Source: Caldilineaceae bacterium (GTDB lineage Bacteria > Chloroflexota > Anaerolineae > Caldilineales > Caldilineaceae). Taken from it: a stretch of DNA of 64,000 nt. A model generated the notes under the pieces. That model saw nothing but the letters and a program-made list of their open reading frames with translations. It was not told the origin of the DNA and did no database searches. A program made the translations under genes and the position numbers. The first letter of the stretch is position 1, and each line of letters opens with the position of its first letter. The DNA is taken from assembly GCA_958295845.1 (NCBI GenBank), contig OY282376.1, positions 507,022-571,021 on the forward strand, read 5' to 3'. This document shows positions 47,270-56,916 of this stretch, one piece after another.

Positions 47270-48322
47270 ATGTCCACGCTGAAAGTCGGAATCATCGGGC
47301 TGGGCGGCATCGCCCGCTCCCACTGCGACGCCATCGCCACCCTCGACAACGTCGAAGTCGTCGCCGTCGCCGATCTCTTCGAAGAGAAGCGCAGCCAGTA
47401 CATGGAAGAGTACGGCATTCCCAGAGGCTACCCCACCCACACCGAGCTCCTCAAGGACGACGAGATCGACGCCGTCGCCGTTGTACTCGGCCACCAACTC
47501 CACCACCGCCTCACCGTCGACGCCTGCAACGCCGGTAAACACGTCCTCGTCGAAAAGCCGATGGCGCTCAGCCTCGAGCAGTGCGACGCCATGATCGATG
47601 CCGCCGCCAGCAACAACGTCAAACTCATGGTCGGCCATACACCGCACTTCTCCGGCATCCTCCTCAAAATGAAGGAGATCCTCGATTCCGGCCGGCTGGG
47701 CCCGCTGATGACCATCGTCTGCTACTCGTGCAAAAACTGGACCTATGCCAACCGCGCGCCCCAGTACCGCAGTCGTTTCCATGGCGGCGGCATGTGGCTG
47801 ACCAACGGCGTCCACGTCGTCGACCGCCTCACCTGGCTGATGGCCTCCCAGGCCGTATCCGTATCCGCCAGCATCGGCACCCGCGCCCACTACCAGGCCG
47901 CCGACGACACCGCCACCGCGCTGATTCGATACAAGAACGGCCTCGCCGGCGTCGCCGTCTCGATCGCCTACGCCGACGGACCGCCAATCATGGATACACA
48001 GGTCATCTGCGTCAACGGCACCGTGCGCATCGGCGGCGGCAGACAACCCTTCCTCCAGGTCGGGCAGGGAGATGAGTGGCAAGATATCCCCTATGACGAC
48101 CCGCCGGCCGTCATGCACTATGAGTGGAAATCCTTTGTCGAGTCGATCGAACAGGACATCGAGCCGCCCGCCTCCGGCGAGTGGAGCCGTCACATCATGG
48201 AGATCCTCTTCGCCGCCGAGAGCTCGGCCATCAGCGGGCAGGACGTCGTCCTGGAAAGCGGCCTATCCTGGACGCATCAGCGTGCTGGTGTGCCTGTCAC
48301 CCGCGACCACGGCTGGATCTGA
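47270..48322 (+). CDS. Gfo/Idh/MocA family oxidoreductase (paralogue 1 of a tandem pair)
   Basis: KVGIIGLGGIARSH Rossmann start; EKPMALS. RBS context cacaggagcgacaagc. Confidence 0.85.
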   Translation: MSTLKVGIIGLGGIARSHCDAIATLDNVEVVAVADLFEEKRSQYMEEYGIPRGYPTHTELLKDDEIDAVAVVLGHQLHHRLTVDACNAGKHVLVEKPMALSLEQCDAMIDAAASNNVKLMVGHTPHFSGILLKMKEILDSGRLGPLMTIVCYSCKNWTYANRAPQYRSRFHGGGMWLTNGVHVVDRLTWLMASQAVSVSASIGTRAHYQAADDTATALIRYKNGLAGVAVSIAYADGPPIMDTQVICVNGTVRIGGGRQPFLQVGQGDEWQDIPYDDPPAVMHYEWKSFVESIEQDIEPPASGEWSRHIMEILFAAESSAISGQDVVLESGLSWTHQRAGVPVTRDHGWI

Positions 48323-48468
48323 GGTGTACAGCCACGTGGGTCGCTTTACTCCACCGACACGGCATGGCAAACTAAACCTGCGATACCGGCCATAGACCGA
48401 ACACGCCTTTCCGACACATCAAAAGATCGTACTAACTGCTACAACCCACAGGAGCGAAACAGACAGAC

Positions 48469-49521
48469 ATGGGGAAATTGAAAGTAGGAATCATCGGGCT
48501 GGGCGGCATCGCACGCGCCCACTTTAGTGCCATTGACACCCTCGACAACGTCGAAGTCGTCGCCGTCGCCGACCTCTTCGAAGAGAAGCGCCGTGAATAC
48601 ATGGAGAAGCATGATATTCCCAAGGGCTATTCCACGCACACCGAGCTTCTCAAGGACGATGAGGTCGAGGCCGTCGCCATCGTGCTGGGCCATCAACTCC
48701 ACCACCGCCTCACCGTCGACGCCTGCAACGCCGGCAAGCACGTCCTCGTCGAGAAGCCCATGGCGCTCAGCCTCGAGCAGTGCGACGACATGATCGAAGC
48801 TGCCGCCGCCAACAACGTCAAGCTCATGGTCGGCCAGACCCAGCACTACTACGGTACCAGCCTCAAGGCCAAGGAGATCCTCGATTCCGGCCAGCTCGGG
48901 CCGCTGATGACGGTCGTCTGCTACATGTCCAAGAACTGGAACTACGCCAGCCGGCCGCCCCAGTATCGAAGCCGTTTCCACGGCGGCGGCATGTGGCTGG
49001 CCAACGGCGTTCACGTCGTCGACCGCCTCACCTGGCTGATGGCCTCCCAGGCCGTTTCGGTCTCCGCCAGCATGGGCACCCGCGCCCACTACCAGGCCAG
49101 CGACGACACCGCCACCGCGCTCGTCCGCTACAAGAACGGCCTGGCCGGCGTCGCCGTCTCGGTCGGCTTCGCCGACGGCGCGCCCAACTTCGAGAGCCAG
49201 GTCATCTGCACCAACGGCACCCTTCGCTTCAGCCAGCACGGCGAAAAGTTCGTCAAGGTCGGGCAGGGAGACGAGTGGAAGGACATACCCTTCGACGACC
49301 CGCCCGTCGAGATGCACCATGAATGGAAGTCGTTCGTCGAGTGCATAGAACAGGACATTGAACCGCCCTCCTCCGGCGAGTGGAGCCGCCACATAATGGA
49401 GATCCTCTTCGCCGCCGAGAGTTCGGCCATCACCGGGCGCGAAGTCGTGCTCGAAAGCGGCCACTCCTGGACCCATCAGCGCCACGGCGTGCCCGTCACC
49501 CGTCTTCACGGCTGGGTATGA
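48469..49521 (+). CDS. Gfo/Idh/MocA family oxidoreductase (paralogue 2 of a tandem pair)
   Basis: Same length (350 aa). 84 of the first 100 residues are identical to the preceding gene by direct comparison. RBS context cacaggagcgaaacag. Confidence 0.85.
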   Translation: MGKLKVGIIGLGGIARAHFSAIDTLDNVEVVAVADLFEEKRREYMEKHDIPKGYSTHTELLKDDEVEAVAIVLGHQLHHRLTVDACNAGKHVLVEKPMALSLEQCDDMIEAAAANNVKLMVGQTQHYYGTSLKAKEILDSGQLGPLMTVVCYMSKNWNYASRPPQYRSRFHGGGMWLANGVHVVDRLTWLMASQAVSVSASMGTRAHYQASDDTATALVRYKNGLAGVAVSVGFADGAPNFESQVICTNGTLRFSQHGEKFVKVGQGDEWKDIPFDDPPVEMHHEWKSFVECIEQDIEPPSSGEWSRHIMEILFAAESSAITGREVVLESGHSWTHQRHGVPVTRLHGWV

Positions 49522-49533
49522 GGTAAACAAACC

Positions 49534-50568
49534 ATGCGAACTGCGCTACTTTCCTACAGTCACCACGGCCGCGGCATGGCCACCACGACGCGCGACCTCG
49601 GCCACGAGATCGTCGCCGTCATGGACGCCGAGCAAGGCCCGCGCCAGCAGCTGGCCGATGAATTCCAGTGCCCCGCCTTCAGTTCTGCCGGCGAATGTCT
49701 CGATGCCAGCCGCCCCGACGCTGTCCTGATCGCCGGCAAGCATACCGAAATGCCGGACCATGTCCGCGCCTGCGCCGAGCGCGACCTGCCCTTCCTGCTC
49801 GACAAGCCCTTCGCCGACTGCGCCGACCGCTTGCGTCCCGTCGCCGAACTCTGCACAGAGCGCGGCGTCTTCAGCGCCCTCACCCTGCCCAACCGCGGCA
49901 CCGAGCTTGTAGACATCGTCCAGCAGATGATAGATGATGGCAGTCTAGGCGACCTCGTCCTCTATAACAGCCGCCTCAACAACGGGCCTCCCTCGCGCTA
50001 CGACCCTACGCCCTCCGCCTGGCATAACGATGCCACTATCTCTGGCGGCGGCTGCTGGGCGACCGAGTCCGCCCACGGCATCGACACCTTCCTGCAGTTC
50101 GTCGGCGACCGGCCCGTCACCGCCGTCGGAGGTGTCATCTCCAACTCGATGTACGCACGCGAAGTAGAGGATGTGGCGGTAGGCATACTGCGCACCGGCG
50201 ACGGCGTAACCGGTATCGTCGAATCCGGTTACAGCTACCCGTCAGGCGCGCGCGGCGGCGATCACAGCTTTCGCTTCATCGGCACCAAAGCGACGGTCCT
50301 GCAACGCTATGATCAGAAGGGAAACAGGGTGACTGAGGTCCACACAACCGAGGGCGTGACCTTCCATGAGGAATCGCAAAACACCCAAGGCATGAAGGAG
50401 ATCATGCGCAGGGCGCTGGTGGCCATCGAAGAAGGGCGAGCCAGCTTCTCGCCCGATGTCGAAGATGCAGTACGCATCCTCGAACTGCAGGACGCCGTCT
50501 ACGCCTTCGCCCGCGCCAATCCGATCACCAACGGCCCGCATCCACTCGGCGCGCCGGGGGCGGTGTAG
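49534..50568 (+). CDS. Gfo/Idh/MocA-like protein with a degenerate dinucleotide-binding loop
   Basis: Family-like DKPFA and C-terminal domain. N-terminus reads LLSYSHHGRGMA where GxGxxG is expected. Confidence 0.7.
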   Translation: MRTALLSYSHHGRGMATTTRDLGHEIVAVMDAEQGPRQQLADEFQCPAFSSAGECLDASRPDAVLIAGKHTEMPDHVRACAERDLPFLLDKPFADCADRLRPVAELCTERGVFSALTLPNRGTELVDIVQQMIDDGSLGDLVLYNSRLNNGPPSRYDPTPSAWHNDATISGGGCWATESAHGIDTFLQFVGDRPVTAVGGVISNSMYAREVEDVAVGILRTGDGVTGIVESGYSYPSGARGGDHSFRFIGTKATVLQRYDQKGNRVTEVHTTEGVTFHEESQNTQGMKEIMRRALVAIEEGRASFSPDVEDAVRILELQDAVYAFARANPITNGPHPLGAPGAV

Positions 50569-50596
50569 CGACGGCAGGCTGACATTGAACAGAAAA

Positions 50597-50619
50597 CCGG
50601 CACGCCGCACGCGTGCCGG
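50597..50619. terminator. Bidirectional terminator hairpin between convergent genes
   Basis: 9-bp stem ccggcacgc / gcgtgccgg, 5-nt loop, flanked by aaaa upstream and ttggtt downstream. Confidence 0.6.
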
Positions 50620-50656
50620 TTGGTTGATCTGTTAACAGTTTTTCCCAGGCTAAGTA

Positions 50657-51451
50657 CTACACCCGCCCCGCAAACGACCGCCCCCGCACCTGCTTGAAAG
50701 GCGGCATCTTCGGCGCATCCGTAACCGACGCATCCCGCTGCGACGCCGCCCGCATGTAGTGCACCGCATAGCCGCGCCGACGTTGCCCGGACAGGTTAGC
50801 GTTGCTCTGGTGCAGTACCAGGCTATGATGAAAACTGATGCTGCCCGGATTCAACGGCGCCGGTACGACCGGCCACTGCTCGCTCCCTAAATCCTCCACG
50901 AACCAGGAGAGTTGCTCCCCCCGCACCATGCCCCAGCGGTGCGTGCCGGGGGCGAAATTCAAGCAGCCGTTCTCAACCGTAGCCTGATCGATCGCCGTCC
51001 ATGCCGTCACCAGGTCCATCGGGAAAATGTCCCGCCATGACGCCGAATCCTGGTGCCACGGCTGCGCCGTGCCCGTCACCGCCGCCTTCATAAAGAGCTG
51101 GTCCCCATACATCTTGATGTCGTCGCTGCCCAGCAGATCGGCGATGATGTCGACGATGCGGCGATGGGTGGCATGACCCCACATGAACTCGTCGTAGACG
51201 GCCAGATTGTACAGTTTGCGCACCGCCAGCACCTGGTCGGCGACTTCACGTTCGCCTTCACGGAACGCCTTCTCCAGTTGGATGCTCGTCTCCGGGATGT
51301 GTTCAACCTTGCCCGCCGCGATCAGATCGGTGTGCGCAGCCAGGGCCGCCACCTCATCCGCGCAGAGAACGTCCTCTACCGTCAGAAAGCCATTGAGCTT
51401 GAACTGCTTCACCTGATCCTCAGACAGAAAACGCAGGCGCGGGATTGCCAT
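50657..51451 (-). CDS. Phytanoyl-CoA dioxygenase (PhyH) family Fe(II)/2-oxoglutarate oxygenase
   Basis: PWHQDSASW (HxD) and a distal FHHSLVLHQS histidine; 264 aa. Confidence 0.8.
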   Translation of the reverse strand: MAIPRLRFLSEDQVKQFKLNGFLTVEDVLCADEVAALAAHTDLIAAGKVEHIPETSIQLEKAFREGEREVADQVLAVRKLYNLAVYDEFMWGHATHRRIVDIIADLLGSDDIKMYGDQLFMKAAVTGTAQPWHQDSASWRDIFPMDLVTAWTAIDQATVENGCLNFAPGTHRWGMVRGEQLSWFVEDLGSEQWPVVPAPLNPGSISFHHSLVLHQSNANLSGQRRRGYAVHYMRAASQRDASVTDAPKMPPFKQVRGRSFAGRV

Positions 51452-51534
51452 GCAAAATCATCCTTTCCCAACGACACCGAAACCGGCAACGATTTCAGGT
51501 CCCTTTTGACGTCGTCACACCGACCGCCATGCGA

Positions 51535-52536
51535 TCATTTCTCCACCCAGGCCGCCGGCGCCGTATCCACACCATGCTTGGCGAACACCGCCTCTATCTC
51601 GTCCAGCGTCTCCTGATCAAGTGTCAAGTCGAGACCGGCTACGTTTTCCTCGACCTCCTCGGGCCGGCGGAACCCGATCAGCGCCACACTGACCACCGGA
51701 TTCCTCAGCGCCCAGCGCAGCGCAAGTTGCGCCATCGTCTTGCCGTGCCGGGCAGCGATCGGCTTGAGGTCATTAACCGCAGCCACGTTCCTGGCAAAGA
51801 CCTCCTCCGTAAACAGCGGAATGTTGAAGGCCGTCCCATTGGAGCGCCAGTCACTTTCGTCGAAAGTCGTGTCGGCAGTGAACGTCCCCGTCAGCAGACC
51901 ATGCGCCAGCGAACCGTACGTCATCAGACCGATGCCATGCTCCGCAATCGTCGGGAAGACCTCGCGCTCCAGCCGGCGATCGAACATATGGTATCCATAC
52001 TGGGTGATGTCCACCCGCCGCGTCTCCATACAGGTTTCGATCTGGTCCGGACGGAAGTTGGAAACGCCGACGAAGCGGGCCTTCCCCGCCTGCACGATCT
52101 CCTCCAGCGCCCCCATCGACTCCTCCAATGGCACATCCTTATCCGGCCAGTGAATCAGATACACGTCGACGCAGTCGGTCCCCAGCGCCTGGAGGCTGCG
52201 GTCAATGGCCGCCAGCGCCGACTCGCGACTGCTGTCGCGGTACCAATTGCCGTCATCATCCTTTAATATGCCGAACTTGGTGACAACGATAGCCTCATCG
52301 CGCCGCGTCCCCAGCGCCTTGCCCAGGATCTCTTCGGACTGGCCAAACCCGTAGCCCTCGGCCGTGTCAAAGAGATTAATCCCCAGATCGAGTGCCCGTT
52401 GCACCGCCTTGAAAACGTCGCTTTCGTCAAAGTGTCCGTACCCGCCGCCGATCTCCCAGCAGCCGAACCCGATTGCGGATACGTCCATTCCTGTACGTCC
52501 AAATGCGCGATATTCCATCAGTTGGCCTCCCTGCAA
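51535..52536 (-). CDS. Aldo/keto reductase
   Basis: GFGCWEIGG, DTAEGYGFGQSEEILG and LIHWPD motifs. The true start may be the MEYRAFG methionine at 52518. Confidence 0.85.
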   Translation of the reverse strand: MQGGQLMEYRAFGRTGMDVSAIGFGCWEIGGGYGHFDESDVFKAVQRALDLGINLFDTAEGYGFGQSEEILGKALGTRRDEAIVVTKFGILKDDDGNWYRDSSRESALAAIDRSLQALGTDCVDVYLIHWPDKDVPLEESMGALEEIVQAGKARFVGVSNFRPDQIETCMETRRVDITQYGYHMFDRRLEREVFPTIAEHGIGLMTYGSLAHGLLTGTFTADTTFDESDWRSNGTAFNIPLFTEEVFARNVAAVNDLKPIAARHGKTMAQLALRWALRNPVVSVALIGFRRPEEVEENVAGLDLTLDQETLDEIEAVFAKHGVDTAPAAWVEK

Positions 52537-52637
52537 TCGCTCGTTTTCAATGGCTAGAAGTTCTGCAAATCTTTAGGATGCAGACAGTGTACAACGCGTC
52601 CAAAGGCGGGTCAACGGACGGGAAAGAAGCCGCGCAA

Positions 52638-52935
52638 CCCAAAATGGGGGTGAACTCACGAATTTTTTTTGTAGCAACCATACCCTGGTAGATTCTCGTT
52701 CCAATCCCCTGCAACCATCCACTAACCACTAACCACTAACCACTAACCACTGACCACTAACCACTGCAGTTTGGCGTTCGTGCCTTCGGCCCTCCCTTGT
52801 GCGGGGGCTGCGCCCCCGCAACGCCCCGCCCTTGCTAGCCACCGTGCTCATTCTTCCCCAGCAACGTGTCTAGCCAACAGTGTTTCCCCCCAACCGGTCC
52901 TGTAGGGGCAGGCCTTGTGCCCGCCCTGTGCCTCT
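52638..52935. repeat. Composite dispersed intergenic repeat, copy B
   Basis: Head cccaaaatgggggtgaactc, heptamers at 52719-52767, core from ctgcag (52764) to ~52935. Matches copy A. Confidence 0.8.
52719..52767 (+). repeat. Heptanucleotide array (4 x ccactaa, ccactga, ccactaa, ccactgc) inside repeat copy B
   Basis: Seven consecutive 7-nt units read directly. Confidence 0.9.
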
Positions 52936-53079
52936 CCCAAAGCCGGTAAACGATTTCAGCCACTCGGGCATGAATTCCCAGCCAGACTATTCCTGCCCCA
53001 TAATCTGGACCGCATCTATTTCATTCTTCGCCAAAAATCTGGGATGCACCCGAAAGAAAGGGATCCGGGCAGTGACTGC

Positions 53080-54255
53080 CTAGGCGCTGTACATCTCCAT
53101 ATGCCGCGCCGCGATCACTTCCCAACTGAACTGGCGGGCCGCTTCGCGTGCATTGGCGCGCAGCTTTTCCGCTAGGCGCGGGTCCTCAGCAATACGCCGC
53201 ACCGCCGCCGCGGTCGCAGCGGGGTCTCTGGTCGGAACAAGAACCAGGTCAGCGTCCGCCCTCAGTTCCGGCGTCGTGTCTTGCGGATGCGTAGTTACGA
53301 TCGCGCAGCCGTTGGCCAAGGCTGCTGTCAGCGTGCTGCGCCGCATGCTCATACCATCCTCATACGGCATCACCAACACATCTATCGCCTCAAAGTCGGC
53401 CGCGACCTCATCGTCCGACTGGTGGCCCGTCCACTGCACGCGGCTGTCCAGCCCATGCTCAAAGATGGCTGCCTCGACCCGTTGCAGATACCGGAAGTTC
53501 GTCTCGTCGCTAGCCCCTACCCGTTCACCGATCATCAGCAGATGAACATCCCGGCCCTCGCCCGCCAGCGCCGCCACCGTCTCGATTAGCGTCAGCCCTC
53601 CTTTGCTCGCGTTGAGAAAGCCGAAGTAACCCAGCACAAGCTGCTCGCTGCCGTATCCGCGCGCTGCCCGGCGCTGGACCCGTTCCGCCGCCGAAAACTG
53701 CCGGCTCTCGATGTCGCTGCCGATCGGTATGCGGTGAAGCTGGCCGCGCTGTACCTGCCCCTGCACCGATTCCCAGTCACTCTGATTCGTAACCACAACC
53801 GCATCCGCGGCGCGCAGCGGCAAGCGCGTAACCCAGTTGCGCAGGCGCGCCCCGGCTTTAGGGAAGAGATAGGGAACACGCAGATCGTGATAGGTCCAGG
53901 CCGCACGCAGACCATGCCGCCGCAGGAAGTAGGGCAGGGCGTTGATGGCGGGGTGCATTCCGTAAGCGGCGGTCTGGTACTGAACGTGAACCCATTCGGC
54001 GCCGACCGCGCGGGCGCAGGCGGGAATATCGGTCAGAATCCCCCAGCCCCACCTGTTGCGTTGCGGCAGCACCCGAACCGCATTGGGCTCTGCGGACGCA
54101 GCGACCTGCTTGTCGGTCAGCACGGCAATCTGCGCGCCCTGCGCCTGCAATGCCCGCGCCAACTCGGCCGTGAATCTGCCGACACCGCCCACCATCGGCG
54201 GATATTCGCCGGTCACGAACAACACATTCGGCTGCTCTGCCGCCACTCTGCTCAA
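53080..54255 (-). CDS. Family 4 (GT-B) glycosyltransferase
   Basis: N-terminal VTGEYPPMVGGVGRF; C-terminal E...G motif region (MPYEDGMSMRRSTLTAALANGCAIVTT). Confidence 0.8.
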   Translation of the reverse strand: MSRVAAEQPNVLFVTGEYPPMVGGVGRFTAELARALQAQGAQIAVLTDKQVAASAEPNAVRVLPQRNRWGWGILTDIPACARAVGAEWVHVQYQTAAYGMHPAINALPYFLRRHGLRAAWTYHDLRVPYLFPKAGARLRNWVTRLPLRAADAVVVTNQSDWESVQGQVQRGQLHRIPIGSDIESRQFSAAERVQRRAARGYGSEQLVLGYFGFLNASKGGLTLIETVAALAGEGRDVHLLMIGERVGASDETNFRYLQRVEAAIFEHGLDSRVQWTGHQSDDEVAADFEAIDVLVMPYEDGMSMRRSTLTAALANGCAIVTTHPQDTTPELRADADLVLVPTRDPAATAAAVRRIAEDPRLAEKLRANAREAARQFSWEVIAARHMEMYSA

Positions 54256-54281
54256 GCCCCCATAACTATATCGCCGTCGGG

Positions 54282-54731
54282 TCAGTCAGGTATCCGCTCC
54301 TGCAGGGCGGCCAGCAGTTTCTCCTGGCGCGCCACCGCGGGCAGAAACAGCGTACGTGGGACGTCCGTTTCTACGATACCGTCAGCGGTGATGGGCCAGT
54401 AGACAAGGCTCAGCCCGCGCGTGAAGCGGCCGGCCTCGGCACAGTTTATCATCTGGCGGAATTGGATGTGCAGAGGCGCCTGCAACGGCGTGTGCACGGT
54501 CATGCCGTCGGCGGTCAACGCCAGCCGCATCAGCGCCCAGCGCACATGGAGGAAGGTGAACCCGATCGCCGCCAGCAGAAAAAAGAGGGCAGACAGGCTG
54601 AATCCGGTCAGGATCTCCCACAGGAAAAGCAACGCCAACGCCGCGCCGACCAAAGCGAACAAGCGGTATCTCCATCGGGAGAGGAATACTGGGGCGTCAG
54701 TCATCGGACTGAGAGCGGGTGGTGTGTGCAC
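54282..54731 (-). CDS. Hypothetical membrane protein (two TM helices plus a small soluble domain)
   Basis: LFALVGAALALLFLWEILTGFSLSALFFLLAAIGFTFL hydrophobic hairpin. No family recognised. Confidence 0.55.
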   Translation of the reverse strand: MHTPPALSPMTDAPVFLSRWRYRLFALVGAALALLFLWEILTGFSLSALFFLLAAIGFTFLHVRWALMRLALTADGMTVHTPLQAPLHIQFRQMINCAEAGRFTRGLSLVYWPITADGIVETDVPRTLFLPAVARQEKLLAALQERIPD

Positions 54732-54870
54732 TCTGCCATGTATTAAATCCCCTTGACGTTAAATAAAGTTTGCTAGAATGAGAGAATAACCTGATGCCTG
54801 CGGGCAGAATCGGTGTAAGTCTTCAGTTTGTAGTAGCTAGTTCATAGTTATCTACTGCGTACGCGTGGGG

Positions 54871-54905
54871 TTACTAACAACCAAAAACTCGAAACTGAAA
54901 ACTTT
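54871..54905 (+). repeat. Heptanucleotide array (AACTNNN flavour) not followed by an ORF
   Basis: ttactaa caaccaa aaactcg aaactga aaacttt, then cctATTcat. Closely resembles the 1471-1516 leader but lacks an ATG. Confidence 0.7.
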
Positions 54906-54906
54906 C

Positions 54907-55236
54907 CTATTCATTGCGGTCCGGTTGCCCCGCCCGGCTGCTGATGAGCAGCATCGCGAACGCGACCACCGAGAGCACACCGGCGCCGTAGACGATCATG
55001 CGGATGACCTGGCTCTGCCACAGGGCCGGCGCAAAACCGGCAAACCCGCCCAGGATTCCGGCCAGAGGCACGGTCGCAATCAGGACGAAGTGGAGCATCA
55101 TGTAGGCGGGGGAGGGGCGCGGCAAATCTTCTCGCCCGAGGAAAGTCATCATCATGTAGATCGCGCCCAGCGGATAGAGTACGCCCACCAGCAGAAGAAC
55201 GCCCGAACCAACCTTGTACAGAATATCCATATTCAT
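54907..55236 (-). CDS. Hypothetical small membrane protein (109 aa, about 3 TM helices)
   Basis: Three hydrophobic segments; directly downstream of the ABC ATPase gene (12-nt gap). Confidence 0.55.
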   Translation of the reverse strand: MNMDILYKVGSGVLLLVGVLYPLGAIYMMMTFLGREDLPRPSPAYMMLHFVLIATVPLAGILGGFAGFAPALWQSQVIRMIVYGAGVLSVVAFAMLLISSRAGQPDRNE

Positions 55237-55248
55237 CGCGTATACCGG

Positions 55249-56796
<1,548 letters not shown>

Positions 56797-56847
56797 AGGA
56801 GTTGGAGTTTGAATGTGTGCGCCGCCGTCTAGGCAGAATTGAATCCG

Positions 56848-56880
56848 GAGAGTGGGGCCAATGACCTCAACCCCACTCTC
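56848..56880 (-). terminator. Intercistronic hairpin between the second BMP gene and the ATPase gene
   Basis: Perfect 10-bp stem gagagtgggg / ccccactctc with a 13-nt loop. Confidence 0.5.
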
Positions 56881-56916
56881 TTACACACAGGTCTCGATCT
56901 GCTTTCTGCCCCTTCC

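Noticed and set aside
47249-49530. 314-aa and 363-aa minus-strand ORFs
   Set aside because: Both mirror the tandem Gfo/Idh/MocA paralogues on the plus strand. Their mutual similarity is just the antisense image of the duplication.
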